A program made the position numbers and the translations under genes. The notes under the pieces were generated by a model. It was not told the origin of the DNA and searched no databases. It saw only the letters and a list, made by a program, of their open reading frames with translations. Positions 10,293-19,391 of a DNA stretch of 64,000 nucleotides are shown piece after piece. Origin of the DNA: Candidatus Aldehydirespiratoraceae bacterium (GTDB lineage: Bacteria; Actinomycetota; Acidimicrobiia; Acidimicrobiales; Aldehydirespiratoraceae); contig CBDBEW010000014.1 of assembly GCA_965204595.1 (NCBI GenBank), positions 498,872 to 562,871 of the forward strand, given 5' to 3'. Numbering within the stretch: position 1 is the stretch's first letter; each line of letters opens with the position of its first letter.

Positions 10293-11513
10293 ATGTCCAT
10301 CGAAACGACAGATATAGCAATAATCGGTGCTGGCCCTGCTGGCGCGGCTGCTGCCATTGTTGCTGCCCGTGGGGGGGCTAGAGTCAAGGTGTTTGAAAAA
10401 GCGAGAGAAGGTCGCGACAAGGTCTGTGGTGATGGCTTAACGCCCAGAGCGGTGCATGCTTTGCATAAACTCAATATTGAATTAGCCAGTGCTCATCGCA
10501 TCGACGGTTTGCGGATGGTTGTCAACAACTCACATCGTGAGCTTTTGTGGCCTCAAAACGGACCTTACGCTCCTTATGGGGCCGTATGGCCGAGGCGGCA
10601 CCTTGACTCGCATCTAATGGCACAAGCAGCACAAGCAGGAGCTGAAATTCATTGGGAAACTGAGGCAACGCCGATCTTAGAAGACTCCGACGCAGTGATT
10701 GGTGTGGCAACCAACAAAGGCAAGTGTTTTGCCACTTTAGTGGTGTTGGCAAGCGGTGCCCCTGGCAAGGCAGCGCAAATGCTAGGCGCGCAACGAAATC
10801 CTAACGAACCTCATGGTGTGGCAATCCGTAGTTACACCAACTCGAGTCGTCATCATGAACACTACCTAGAAGCGTGTCTGACCTTGAGAGACCCCCACAG
10901 CACACCAATCGCAGGATACGGTTGGTTGTTCCCTGCTGGAGACGGCACCGTGAACATAGGCGTTGGGGCATTGTCTACTATGAAGGGATACAAAAATCTT
11001 AACCTAAACCACTTGCTTAATTCCTACCGAGATCTGGCAAAGGAGGACTGGCAGCTAGGTGAATACCTAGAAAGGCCACGAGCTTGGCGTTTGCCAATGA
11101 GCGTCCACAAACGTCACGGTACTGGCTGGGTTGCGGTGGGTGATGCTGCGGGACTGATAAACCCTATGAATGGTGAAGGAATAGACTATGGCCTCGAATC
11201 AGGGATGTTGGCCGCAGAGTTGTTTTTAGACGATCCTGGCAATGTAGCAGTTGAATATGATCGCCTTATTGGGGCGCGTTTTGATGCTTTTCTGCGAACT
11301 GGACGTCGCTTTAGCTATCTCATTGGTCACCCATTGGTATTAAGGTCGGGTTTACGTTTAGCTGTGGGCACTAAGATGATCGCCAACATAACTTTACAGG
11401 TAATGGGCAACCTCATAGACACCACAGGCCCAGCGAAACAAGTGCTGCGTGTTGTTGACCATGGCTTACGCCTTGCTGATCCTTTACTACGTAGAACTCA
11501 AAGCAGAAGTTGA
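10293..11513 (+). CDS. Geranylgeranyl reductase family FAD oxidoreductase, MenJ-like (menaquinone side-chain reductase)
   Basis: GAGPAG, RDKVCGDGLTPRAV, GYGWLFP and GDAAGLINPMNGEGIDY; located near menB. Confidence 0.85.
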   Translation: MSIETTDIAIIGAGPAGAAAAIVAARGGARVKVFEKAREGRDKVCGDGLTPRAVHALHKLNIELASAHRIDGLRMVVNNSHRELLWPQNGPYAPYGAVWPRRHLDSHLMAQAAQAGAEIHWETEATPILEDSDAVIGVATNKGKCFATLVVLASGAPGKAAQMLGAQRNPNEPHGVAIRSYTNSSRHHEHYLEACLTLRDPHSTPIAGYGWLFPAGDGTVNIGVGALSTMKGYKNLNLNHLLNSYRDLAKEDWQLGEYLERPRAWRLPMSVHKRHGTGWVAVGDAAGLINPMNGEGIDYGLESGMLAAELFLDDPGNVAVEYDRLIGARFDAFLRTGRRFSYLIGHPLVLRSGLRLAVGTKMIANITLQVMGNLIDTTGPAKQVLRVVDHGLRLADPLLRRTQSRS

Positions 11514-12665
11514 TGTTGCAAAAGGTGCCGTGTTGGTTAATGCACTTATGTCGGTTAATGCACTAAACGGGTCTGTGAAGTCTAACCCTTGTGCTTGTGC
11601 CACTTCTTGTTCGGTGAGCAGTCCCTGATGAATGTTTAGGCCATTGAGCAGGTGTTCATCTGCCAACATTGCTTGGCGGACTCCCTTGTCAGCTAAAGCT
11701 AACGTAAAAGGTAAGGTTGCATTGTTTAACGCATACGTTGAGGTTTGGGGTACCGCCCCAGGCATATTGGCAACGCAGTAATGGACCACATCATTGATGA
11801 TGTAAGTTGGTTCGTTGTGGGTGGTTGGTCGTGAGGTAGCGAAACACCCGCCTTGGTCAATTGCCACATCAACTAACACTGAACCTGACTTCATCCGCTT
11901 CACTAAATCAGGACTCACAAGTTTGGGAGCGGTGGCACCCTTCACCAATACCGCGCCGACTATGAGATCAGCGTTAATAACCTCTTCTTCAAGAGTTGCC
12001 CCTGTTGAATACAAGGTAACCAAAGAACTACCGAACCTGCGAGCCAAGCGGTTTAGAACCTCAAGGTTACGGTCAAGCACCGTAACCTGAGCACCCATCC
12101 CAATCGCCATTTCAATAGCATTTTCACCCACTACTCCCCCACCGAGCACCAACGTCTTGGCTGGGGCAACACCACCTACACCACCTAACAAGCGACCAGA
12201 ACCACCTTGGGCTGCTTCAAGACAGTGTGCGCCAGCTTGAATTGCCATGCGCCCTGCTACTTGTGACATTGGGGCAAGTAGTGGCAACCCACCGGAGTTG
12301 TCGGTGACAGTTTCATAAGCAATACAGGTAGCACCACTAGCTAGCAGCTCCTCTGTTTGAGCGATATCAGGGGCTAGATGAAGGTAGGTGAACAAAACCT
12401 GGTTTGCTTGCAGCATAGCCCGTTCACTTGCTTGAGGTTCTTTCACTTTGACGATCATTTCTGCTTCAGCAAATATTGTTGCCGCGTCTGCCACAATGGT
12501 CGCGTTAGCTTTGCGGTAGGCCGCGTTTGTGGCACCAATGCCGGTACCAGCATCGGCTTGCACCATGACTTTATGCCCCCTAAGCGTGAGTTCTTTGACA
12601 CTGCTAGGCGTGAGTCCCACTCTTCGTTCCGCAACCTTAATTTCTGTCGGTACGCCAATGAGCAT
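11487..12665 (-). CDS. ald: Alanine dehydrogenase
   Basis: GVPTEIK..E.RVGLTP, VKVKEP, FTYLHLA, DVAIDQGGC and YCVANMPGAVP; SD AGGAGG. Confidence 0.97.
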   Translation of the reverse strand: MLIGVPTEIKVAERRVGLTPSSVKELTLRGHKVMVQADAGTGIGATNAAYRKANATIVADAATIFAEAEMIVKVKEPQASERAMLQANQVLFTYLHLAPDIAQTEELLASGATCIAYETVTDNSGGLPLLAPMSQVAGRMAIQAGAHCLEAAQGGSGRLLGGVGGVAPAKTLVLGGGVVGENAIEMAIGMGAQVTVLDRNLEVLNRLARRFGSSLVTLYSTGATLEEEVINADLIVGAVLVKGATAPKLVSPDLVKRMKSGSVLVDVAIDQGGCFATSRPTTHNEPTYIINDVVHYCVANMPGAVPQTSTYALNNATLPFTLALADKGVRQAMLADEHLLNGLNIHQGLLTEQEVAQAQGLDFTDPFSALTDISALTNTAPFATSTSALSST

Positions 12666-12680
12666 GGCTCACCTCCTTTG

Positions 12681-12812
12681 TATGGCAATATTATTCACTA
12701 AGCACAATACGCTCTTTTCTGGTAAATATGTGTGCTAATATTTACCTACAAGGTGTTGATTAAGCAACTATATTGATCTACTGTAATTGTTTACGAAAGA
12801 TTATTGTGCTAG
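12681..12812. promoter_or_regulatory. AT-rich divergent ald/aldR control region with probable Lrp-family operator sites
   Basis: Inverted repeat GGTAAATAT(12721-12729)-N8-ATATTTACC(12738-12746); AGCACAAT (12701-12708) and its reverse complement ATTGTGCT (12803-12810). Confidence 0.5.
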
Positions 12813-12832
12813 CAGAACAGGGAGGAGGATTT

Positions 12833-13303
12833 GTGTCGACAAAACTAGACAACACCGATAAAGCCATATTGCAAACTCTGCAATCAGATGCTCGCATCAG
12901 CAATGCCGCGTTAGCTGAAAAAGTTCATTTATCGGCATCGGCTTGCCTGCGCCGAGTGCGCCGACTTGAAGAAATAGGTGTCCTGAGTGAGTATGTTGCC
13001 TTGATAGATCGCAAGCTCATTGGGCTTGGAACCTCGGTGTTTGTTGAGATTGCCTTGAGTAGCCAGAAAGAAGACTGTTTAGATGCTTTTGAAGACGCGG
13101 TTGTGAATGTGCCAGAGATACTAAGTTGTCATCTCATGGCCGGCAACAGCGATTATTTGTTGCACGTTGCAGCAGCTGACGTTGCTGACTATGAGCGAAT
13201 CCACAAAGCGTACTTGGCACGGCTGCCCCATGTAGCACATTTACGTTCAAGTTTCTCGCTCCGTACCGTCTGTGACCGCAAGGCACTGCGTTTCACCAGA
13301 TAG
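12833..13303 (+). CDS. Lrp/AsnC family regulator, AldR-like
   Basis: LD.TD.AIL..LQ.DARISN..LAEKVHLS.S.CLRRVRRLEE HTH; divergent from ald; GTG at 12833 after GGAGGAGG. Confidence 0.93.
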   Translation: MSTKLDNTDKAILQTLQSDARISNAALAEKVHLSASACLRRVRRLEEIGVLSEYVALIDRKLIGLGTSVFVEIALSSQKEDCLDAFEDAVVNVPEILSCHLMAGNSDYLLHVAAADVADYERIHKAYLARLPHVAHLRSSFSLRTVCDRKALRFTR

Positions 13304-13317
13304 CAAGCAGGGTCGCG

Positions 13318-16170
13318 TTACCTGTTGGTTGGTTGATCATGCATGCGATACATTGCAGCACTGGGTTTGTTGGGGCGGGCATACCACAGCGGTCGACGTA
13401 AACCGTTCGGGCCGGGCGCAGATCGTGTCTTGGCTAACCACTCTTGATAGGCTTCACGGCTCATTGCGGTGTCAACCACCACGTCTCCATATTGATCGCC
13501 TTCATGGGCTGGTTTCACCTGCACCTTTTGATGCCAGCATTGCATTCCTGAAATAGGGTCGGGTTGCACTGCGAAGGTTAAATTTTGATGCACACCGGTA
13601 TCGTTCCACCAAATTCGTTGGCTATCGGGGTCGGCTGAAACGAAGCTATTCATTCCTTGGTCACGAGTCAACTTCCAAATGTTGCCTGATGCACCGTTGT
13701 TGCTGCGCGCTATGGAAGCTCGCCCCGCGCTCCAAGAACGGGCTTGGTCTTGTTCTAGACGCCAGCGCCCCATGTGGTGCGAAGCAGCCACAATACCTGG
13801 ACGAATTCCTTCAGTCCGCCAACAGTGAATCACAAAATACCCAATTCGGGTTGTTACCCGCACCAGACCGTTTTCTTCAATTTCAAGTTGTTCGGCATCA
13901 CTAGGATGCACCCATAAGGGATGGCGATGACTTATCTCATTGAGCCACTTAGAGTTGGCGGAACGGGTGTGTATTAAGGTTGGAATGCGGAATGTGGGTA
14001 GCAGAATCCGTTCGTTGCCTGCTAAGTCAAGGTCTTGGTGATGCACATGCGATTTGATCCAAACAGGAGTGGCATATTCACGCCAACCCCAGTCTGCTAA
14101 GGTTGTGGAAAACAACTCTAATTTTTTTGATGGTGTGGGAAAACCTTCTTTGGCTTGTCCGTCCACCTGCACTGCTGGTGACCCATCTCCTAAGTCCACA
14201 AGAGTAACCTCATCTAACTGCTCGGGTGATCCATCCCAAGTAGCACTGGTGCCAGGCTTGCGGTATACCTGATCCTCTCCAAGTTGACACAAATCAGTGA
14301 CTTCTGACGCGACGGGGCGTTCATAGGGTGTGATCACATCACCTGGTACGGCAAAAGAGCCGACATCACGCATATATTCAAGGGGGGTCTTACCTGCTCT
14401 TTCTGCTGCTTCAGGCAAACCCGGCACTGATTCGGAGAACATGGTGGCGTAATATTCATCAACGGACATGGGGGTGCCTGGTCGCTCTGTGGATTCAAAC
14501 CACTGACGAATACCACGGGAGCCATCTGGATCAATGCGCCAGGAAAGATCAATCCAAAATTCGTTCTCCTCCCACACTTCACCTGGATTAAACTCGTGGC
14601 TACGGGTTTGTGCATCCAAATCTTGGCCTCGCAGTTGCGCGTAGCGGCGCATCACGGGTTGCCTAAAACCGAGCCACCGCCCGTTGTGTGTCTCAAAGCT
14701 AGCCACATCATGGCGTTCGGTGGCTACACCCATAGGCAAGACATAATCGGCGTACCAAGCTGTCTCAGACCAAGTGGGTGTTAGTGCCACGTGACATTTC
14801 ACCTTGCTTTCATCAGTTAGTGCTTCAAGCCAACTGAACCCATCAGGATTTGTCCAAACAGGGTTGTAGACACGGCTGAAATAGACATCTAAGGTGCCTC
14901 GTCCCTCATTTAGGAAATGAGGCAACAAGATAGACATTTCATGATAACAAAGTGGGTATTCCCGTGGCCAAGTTAACTCGTTCCACTGTTTGAGAGGTGG
15001 AGCACCCTTAGGTTGAACTGGTTTAAATTTGTTCCAACCGTTGCCACTTGTACCACCCACGGTTGCTACCGAGCCGGTTAGCACATTGAGAAAGAAAAGG
15101 CACCTTGCCGTTTGCCAACCGCCGAGGTTGCCAGCAGCTGCAGCACGCCAGTTGTGTGAAGCAAACTTGGTTGGGTGAGCACCAATGATCTCTGCTATCT
15201 CGCGTAACTGTGGCGCATCAACACCACAAATTTCCTCTGCGGCTTCAGGTGTATATTGCTCATAAGCACTCAAGAGAGCTTCTTTTAGTGAACCAAATTC
15301 CAGCGGTAAATCAGGCCTTGTCTCTCGTAGATATGTTTCCCAGTTAACCCAACGGCGTACAAACTCAGATTGCCAAGCCCCATTTTTGATAAGCAAACGT
15401 GCAATCGTGAGCAACAAAAATGGTTCGGTGCCAGGCCAGGCGGGTAACCAGTAGTCGGCTTTAGCACCGGTGTTTGACAACCGAGGGTCACAACAAATCA
15501 CTGTTGCGCCCTTGCCTTGTGCTTCAATAATGCGTTGTGCGTGAGGGTTGAAATAATGTCCAGCTTCAAGATGTGATGAGATCAAGAAAATCACTTCAGC
15601 ATTAGCGAAATCCGCTGAGGGGCGGTCATGCCCCATCCACGATTGGTAACCAATGCGGGCATTTGAAGAACATATGTTGGTGTGGCTGTTGTGTCCATCC
15701 ACTCCCCAAGCCTTAAGCACCCTGTCGGCGTAGCCATCTTCACCGGGGCGTCCCACGTGGTACATCACTGCGTTATGACGCTCTTGGTCAATAGCAGTGG
15801 CGATACGTTCACCGATGTCAGCTAAAGCTTCGTCCCAACTAACTCTTGCCCAAGTTCCTGCTCCTCGTTTGCCTACTCTTTTCATTGGGTGCAAGATGCG
15901 CTCAGCATCGTTTACTTGATTGAGTGTGGCGGGGCCTTTGGCACAATTACGACCCCTGCTCGCGGGATGGAGCGGGTTACCCTCGATCTTGTCAATTTGA
16001 TGCGTTTCGTGGTTAACGTGTGCAAGCAAGCCACAGGCTGCTTCACAATTAAAACAAGTTGTTGGGATCAAACTGTGAGTTTGAGTAACCCGCTTTGGCC
16101 AAGCTGAAGCACTAAGCGACTCGTGTTCGTGCCAGTTTTCAAATGGTGGATATTGGCGTAGTTCTGTCAT
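13318..16170 (-). CDS. Molybdopterin (DMSO reductase superfamily) oxidoreductase catalytic subunit, no TAT signal
   Basis: TTCFNCEAACG...NCAKG FS0 cluster, HNSHTNICSS (Cys ligand region), DPRLS, SETAWYADYVLP and a C-terminal MPT-dinucleotide domain. Confidence 0.9.
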   Translation of the reverse strand: MTELRQYPPFENWHEHESLSASAWPKRVTQTHSLIPTTCFNCEAACGLLAHVNHETHQIDKIEGNPLHPASRGRNCAKGPATLNQVNDAERILHPMKRVGKRGAGTWARVSWDEALADIGERIATAIDQERHNAVMYHVGRPGEDGYADRVLKAWGVDGHNSHTNICSSNARIGYQSWMGHDRPSADFANAEVIFLISSHLEAGHYFNPHAQRIIEAQGKGATVICCDPRLSNTGAKADYWLPAWPGTEPFLLLTIARLLIKNGAWQSEFVRRWVNWETYLRETRPDLPLEFGSLKEALLSAYEQYTPEAAEEICGVDAPQLREIAEIIGAHPTKFASHNWRAAAAGNLGGWQTARCLFFLNVLTGSVATVGGTSGNGWNKFKPVQPKGAPPLKQWNELTWPREYPLCYHEMSILLPHFLNEGRGTLDVYFSRVYNPVWTNPDGFSWLEALTDESKVKCHVALTPTWSETAWYADYVLPMGVATERHDVASFETHNGRWLGFRQPVMRRYAQLRGQDLDAQTRSHEFNPGEVWEENEFWIDLSWRIDPDGSRGIRQWFESTERPGTPMSVDEYYATMFSESVPGLPEAAERAGKTPLEYMRDVGSFAVPGDVITPYERPVASEVTDLCQLGEDQVYRKPGTSATWDGSPEQLDEVTLVDLGDGSPAVQVDGQAKEGFPTPSKKLELFSTTLADWGWREYATPVWIKSHVHHQDLDLAGNERILLPTFRIPTLIHTRSANSKWLNEISHRHPLWVHPSDAEQLEIEENGLVRVTTRIGYFVIHCWRTEGIRPGIVAASHHMGRWRLEQDQARSWSAGRASIARSNNGASGNIWKLTRDQGMNSFVSADPDSQRIWWNDTGVHQNLTFAVQPDPISGMQCWHQKVQVKPAHEGDQYGDVVVDTAMSREAYQEWLAKTRSAPGPNGLRRPLWYARPNKPSAAMYRMHDQPTNR

Positions 16171-16178
16171 AACGGCTA

Positions 16179-17687
16179 CTACGAAAGGGGCACAGACTGG
16201 CCAGCGCGGACAAAAGAATCTTCATAGAACCACATTCCTATGAGGGCCGCTATGCCTGCAACTGCCACCAACGGTACGCTCACTGTGGTAGCTGAGGCAA
16301 CGGCAAGGACACAGGCGGGAGCCACTAAGCCCAAAGTGATACCCGTCCAGAAATTGTCTCGATATTTACCCTTCACCATTTGATGCACTGCGGCCTCCAC
16401 ATTAGGGCTACTCGCAACGGTGACCTCTAAGGAGATAAATGCACCACACGCAATAATGCCTCCTAAAAATGCCCACCTATAGGCATCGGCGGCTGGCACA
16501 TCGAAAAACAAATCCAATATCGCAAACCACGCTCCTCCTGCGGTAACCGCTTGAGCTAGCAATGTCGGCAACAACAATGGCGACTGCCAAAGATCCCTAC
16601 CCACACATTGCCCAAACAAAAATGCAGTGTAGCCCGCAGTGGCTGCTGCGGTAACTAGCACCGGCAACAACAACACATCAAATAAAGTTGCCGAACCAAC
16701 TATGGATGCCAGTGCCCACAGCGCGCTAAGTCCTGCAAACACCGCGAGAACGTACGTGCCTTTTACTAACCACGAATCCCAACTCCCTTTTGTTATTAAA
16801 AAATAAAATCGTTTTGGTTGTTTTAGGTCAGCGATCAGCAAGACCGCTGTTATTGCCAAAAAAACACCCGCGGTGATGGCAGAGCCGAGACCCACAACCA
16901 GCGAATCATCGTGGCCAAGAAATAGCAGTAACGCAGCAACGGCCATCACACCAGCAGCTATTGCTTTTGTTACTAAATACGTAGAAACTTTTTTGGTCCA
17001 ACTCATTTGGTGTGAGGTGGTATAGGTGGTGCGCGCCACAACTCCACTGGTGCCGCTAGGCACTGTTGGGTGGTTAGGTGTGGTGTCGGCCCAGATTAAC
17101 CCATCATTGGCTATGGCAGTGCGTAGAGGATTAAGTGAAGCTTGGCTTGCTCCACGATAGTAAACCTTAGGATTTGTGCCCTGCTCTGGAGCACGCACAG
17201 CCACATCTTCACGAGCAATTATTTTGGTGGCGGCATTTAGTGGATCATCTAAATCGGCGACTTTGATGGCATGTGTGGGGCAAACGGTAACGCAAGATGG
17301 TTCAAGGCCGTCTTCAATACGGTGATTACAGAAGTTGCATTTATTGGCGGTATTGGTGACGGGGTTAATATAGATTGCGTCATAAGGGCAAGCATTCATG
17401 CACCCTTTGCAACCAATGCAGTTGTCGTCATCAAAGTCAACCACACCATTATCAGCCCGAAACAAAGCATTAGTTGGGCAGATAGTGATGCATGGTGCAT
17501 CGTCGCAATGGTTGCAACGCATCACCGAAAAGTGGCGGCTCACGTTTGGGAACTTGCCCGTTTCGATGTACTTCACCCAGGTTCGATTCACGCCAAGTGC
17601 CACATCGTGTTCACTTTTACAAGCAACCGTGCATGCGTGGCAGCCAATGCAGGAGTCGCTGTCGAGTAGAAAACCAAGCCTAGTCAC
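16179..17687 (-). CDS. Four-cluster ferredoxin (DmsB/NrfC-like) fused to an NrfD/PsrC-type membrane anchor
   Basis: CIGCHACTVACK, CNHCDDAPC...CP, CIGCKGCMNACPY and KCNFC...PSCVTVCP, followed by about 8 TM helices with the DL..P.RF NrfD motif. Confidence 0.92.
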   Translation of the reverse strand: MTRLGFLLDSDSCIGCHACTVACKSEHDVALGVNRTWVKYIETGKFPNVSRHFSVMRCNHCDDAPCITICPTNALFRADNGVVDFDDDNCIGCKGCMNACPYDAIYINPVTNTANKCNFCNHRIEDGLEPSCVTVCPTHAIKVADLDDPLNAATKIIAREDVAVRAPEQGTNPKVYYRGASQASLNPLRTAIANDGLIWADTTPNHPTVPSGTSGVVARTTYTTSHQMSWTKKVSTYLVTKAIAAGVMAVAALLLFLGHDDSLVVGLGSAITAGVFLAITAVLLIADLKQPKRFYFLITKGSWDSWLVKGTYVLAVFAGLSALWALASIVGSATLFDVLLLPVLVTAAATAGYTAFLFGQCVGRDLWQSPLLLPTLLAQAVTAGGAWFAILDLFFDVPAADAYRWAFLGGIIACGAFISLEVTVASSPNVEAAVHQMVKGKYRDNFWTGITLGLVAPACVLAVASATTVSVPLVAVAGIAALIGMWFYEDSFVRAGQSVPLS

Positions 17688-17811
17688 AAAAGCTCATTTG
17701 CCTTCCTTGCTTATAACGATTACGTTAGACACTCTAACCTAGCGGTTATCAAACTTTACAGCTAAGGCATTGCTGCCCAAATTGTTTCTGCCTGATAGAT
17801 TCTTATCTCAA

Positions 17812-18627
17812 ATGCTCGCGCAACCTCACGCCTCAAAGATTCTTGATGTTCGCAACACCGAGATAGTCTACAACGATGTCATCTTGGTGCTGAGTGGCGT
17901 GAGTCTACATGTTGAAAAAGGCGAGATCGTGAGCATGCTTGGTGCCAATGGAGCTGGCAAAACTACTTTACTGAGAGCCATAACCGGGCTGCTTGAGGTT
18001 CACCGAGGCAAACAGACAAAAGGTTCAGTAGCGGTTAACGGCTCCATTGTCAATCATGCCGAACCCGCAAAATTAGTGCGCGCTGGTGTCGCTCAAGTGA
18101 TGGAAGGTAGAAGGATCTTCGCGGAACTAACCGTTGAGGAGAACCTGCGCACAGGAGCTTACACGGTTCGCAACAAAGCAGCCGTCACCACAGCACACGA
18201 GCGAGTCATGGAATTATTTCCACAACTGCACAGCAGACAACGAGACACCGCTGGCTACTTGTCAGGTGGCGAACAACAAATGCTTGCCATAGGTAGAGCG
18301 TTAATGGCATCACCCAAGCTACTTTTGCTAGACGAACCATCACTAGGATTAGCACCCAAACTCGTCGAACAAATCGCTGAAATCATCATTACTGTCAACT
18401 GCCAAGGAACCAGCGTTTTGTTAGTTGAACAAAACGCCCGGGTTGCTTTGATGATCTCGCATCGTGCTTACGTTTTAGAGAATGGCCGCATCGTAAAAGA
18501 CGGTTCGGCAAGAGACCTTAGCCAAGACGACGACATTAAGGAGTTCTATTTAGGGGTCGGTGAAACTGGCCGGCGCTCTTTTCAAGATGTCAAGTCGTAC
18601 AGGCGAAAAAAGAGGTGGAACGCGTGA
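17812..18627 (+). CDS. ABC transporter ATP-binding subunit (LivF-like)
   Basis: GANGAGKTT, LSGGEQQM and LLLDEPSLGLAP; basic C-terminal tail KSYRRKKRW. Start estimated (ORF track 17770). Confidence 0.93.
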   Translation: MLAQPHASKILDVRNTEIVYNDVILVLSGVSLHVEKGEIVSMLGANGAGKTTLLRAITGLLEVHRGKQTKGSVAVNGSIVNHAEPAKLVRAGVAQVMEGRRIFAELTVEENLRTGAYTVRNKAAVTTAHERVMELFPQLHSRQRDTAGYLSGGEQQMLAIGRALMASPKLLLLDEPSLGLAPKLVEQIAEIIITVNCQGTSVLLVEQNARVALMISHRAYVLENGRIVKDGSARDLSQDDDIKEFYLGVGETGRRSFQDVKSYRRKKRWNA

Positions 18628-19391
18628 GCGCGCCTCTCTTAAGTTTCCATTCGGTGACCTTAAAGTTCGGCGGTGTAACCGCGCTAGATAACCTGTCATT
18701 TAGCGTTGAGCCCGGTGAACTGTTTGCAATCATCGGCCCCAATGGTGCTGGCAAAACATCAATCTTTAACTGTTGCAATGGTGTGTACAAACCACAAAGC
18801 GGGCAAATCTTGCTTAATGACCGCTCCCTTGTTGGTGCCAAAGCAACGAAGATAGCAAAATTGGGAGTGGCGAGAACATTTCAAAACCTGGGCCTCTTCA
18901 CTAACTTAACCTTGGTTGATAATCTAATGTTAGGGCGACATTTGCTAATGAAAAGTGGCTTTGTAGCTGGTGCTGTTTGGTTTGGTAGAGCCCGTCGTGA
19001 AGAAATCTATCATCGGCGCTGCGTTGAAGAAATAATTGAGTTTCTTGAGTTGCAACCATACCGCTTTAGCACTGTGGGAGTGTTGCCATACGGTATCCAA
19101 AAACGAATTGAGCTCGGACGGGCTTTGTCAATGGAACCAAAACTGTTGCTCCTAGATGAACCGGTAGCGGGAATGAACCTTGAAGAAACTGAAGATATGG
19201 CTCGTTTCATCATTGAAATCCGAGATGAACTACATATCGCAACAGTTTTGGTTGAGCACGATATGCATATGGTGATGGACCTAGCTGATCGAATTATGGT
19301 TCTCAATTTCGGCATGCGTCTTGCTCTTGGTAAACCAAGTGAGATACAAGCCGACGAGGAAGTGATAGCTGCTTATTTGGGGGAAGCATAG
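18615..19391 (+). CDS. ABC transporter ATP-binding subunit (LivG-like)
   Basis: FGGVTALD, GPNGAGKTS, ARTFQN, LPYG.QKR.E and VEHDM. Confidence 0.94.
   Translation: MERVSAPLLSFHSVTLKFGGVTALDNLSFSVEPGELFAIIGPNGAGKTSIFNCCNGVYKPQSGQILLNDRSLVGAKATKIAKLGVARTFQNLGLFTNLTLVDNLMLGRHLLMKSGFVAGAVWFGRARREEIYHRRCVEEIIEFLELQPYRFSTVGVLPYGIQKRIELGRALSMEPKLLLLDEPVAGMNLEETEDMARFIIEIRDELHIATVLVEHDMHMVMDLADRIMVLNFGMRLALGKPSEIQADEEVIAAYLGEA

Noticed and set aside
13318-16170. Formate dehydrogenase or selenoprotein call for the Mo enzyme
   Set aside because: There is no in-frame TGA, and it lacks the FDH R.(C/U)H active-site motif (it has NICSS).
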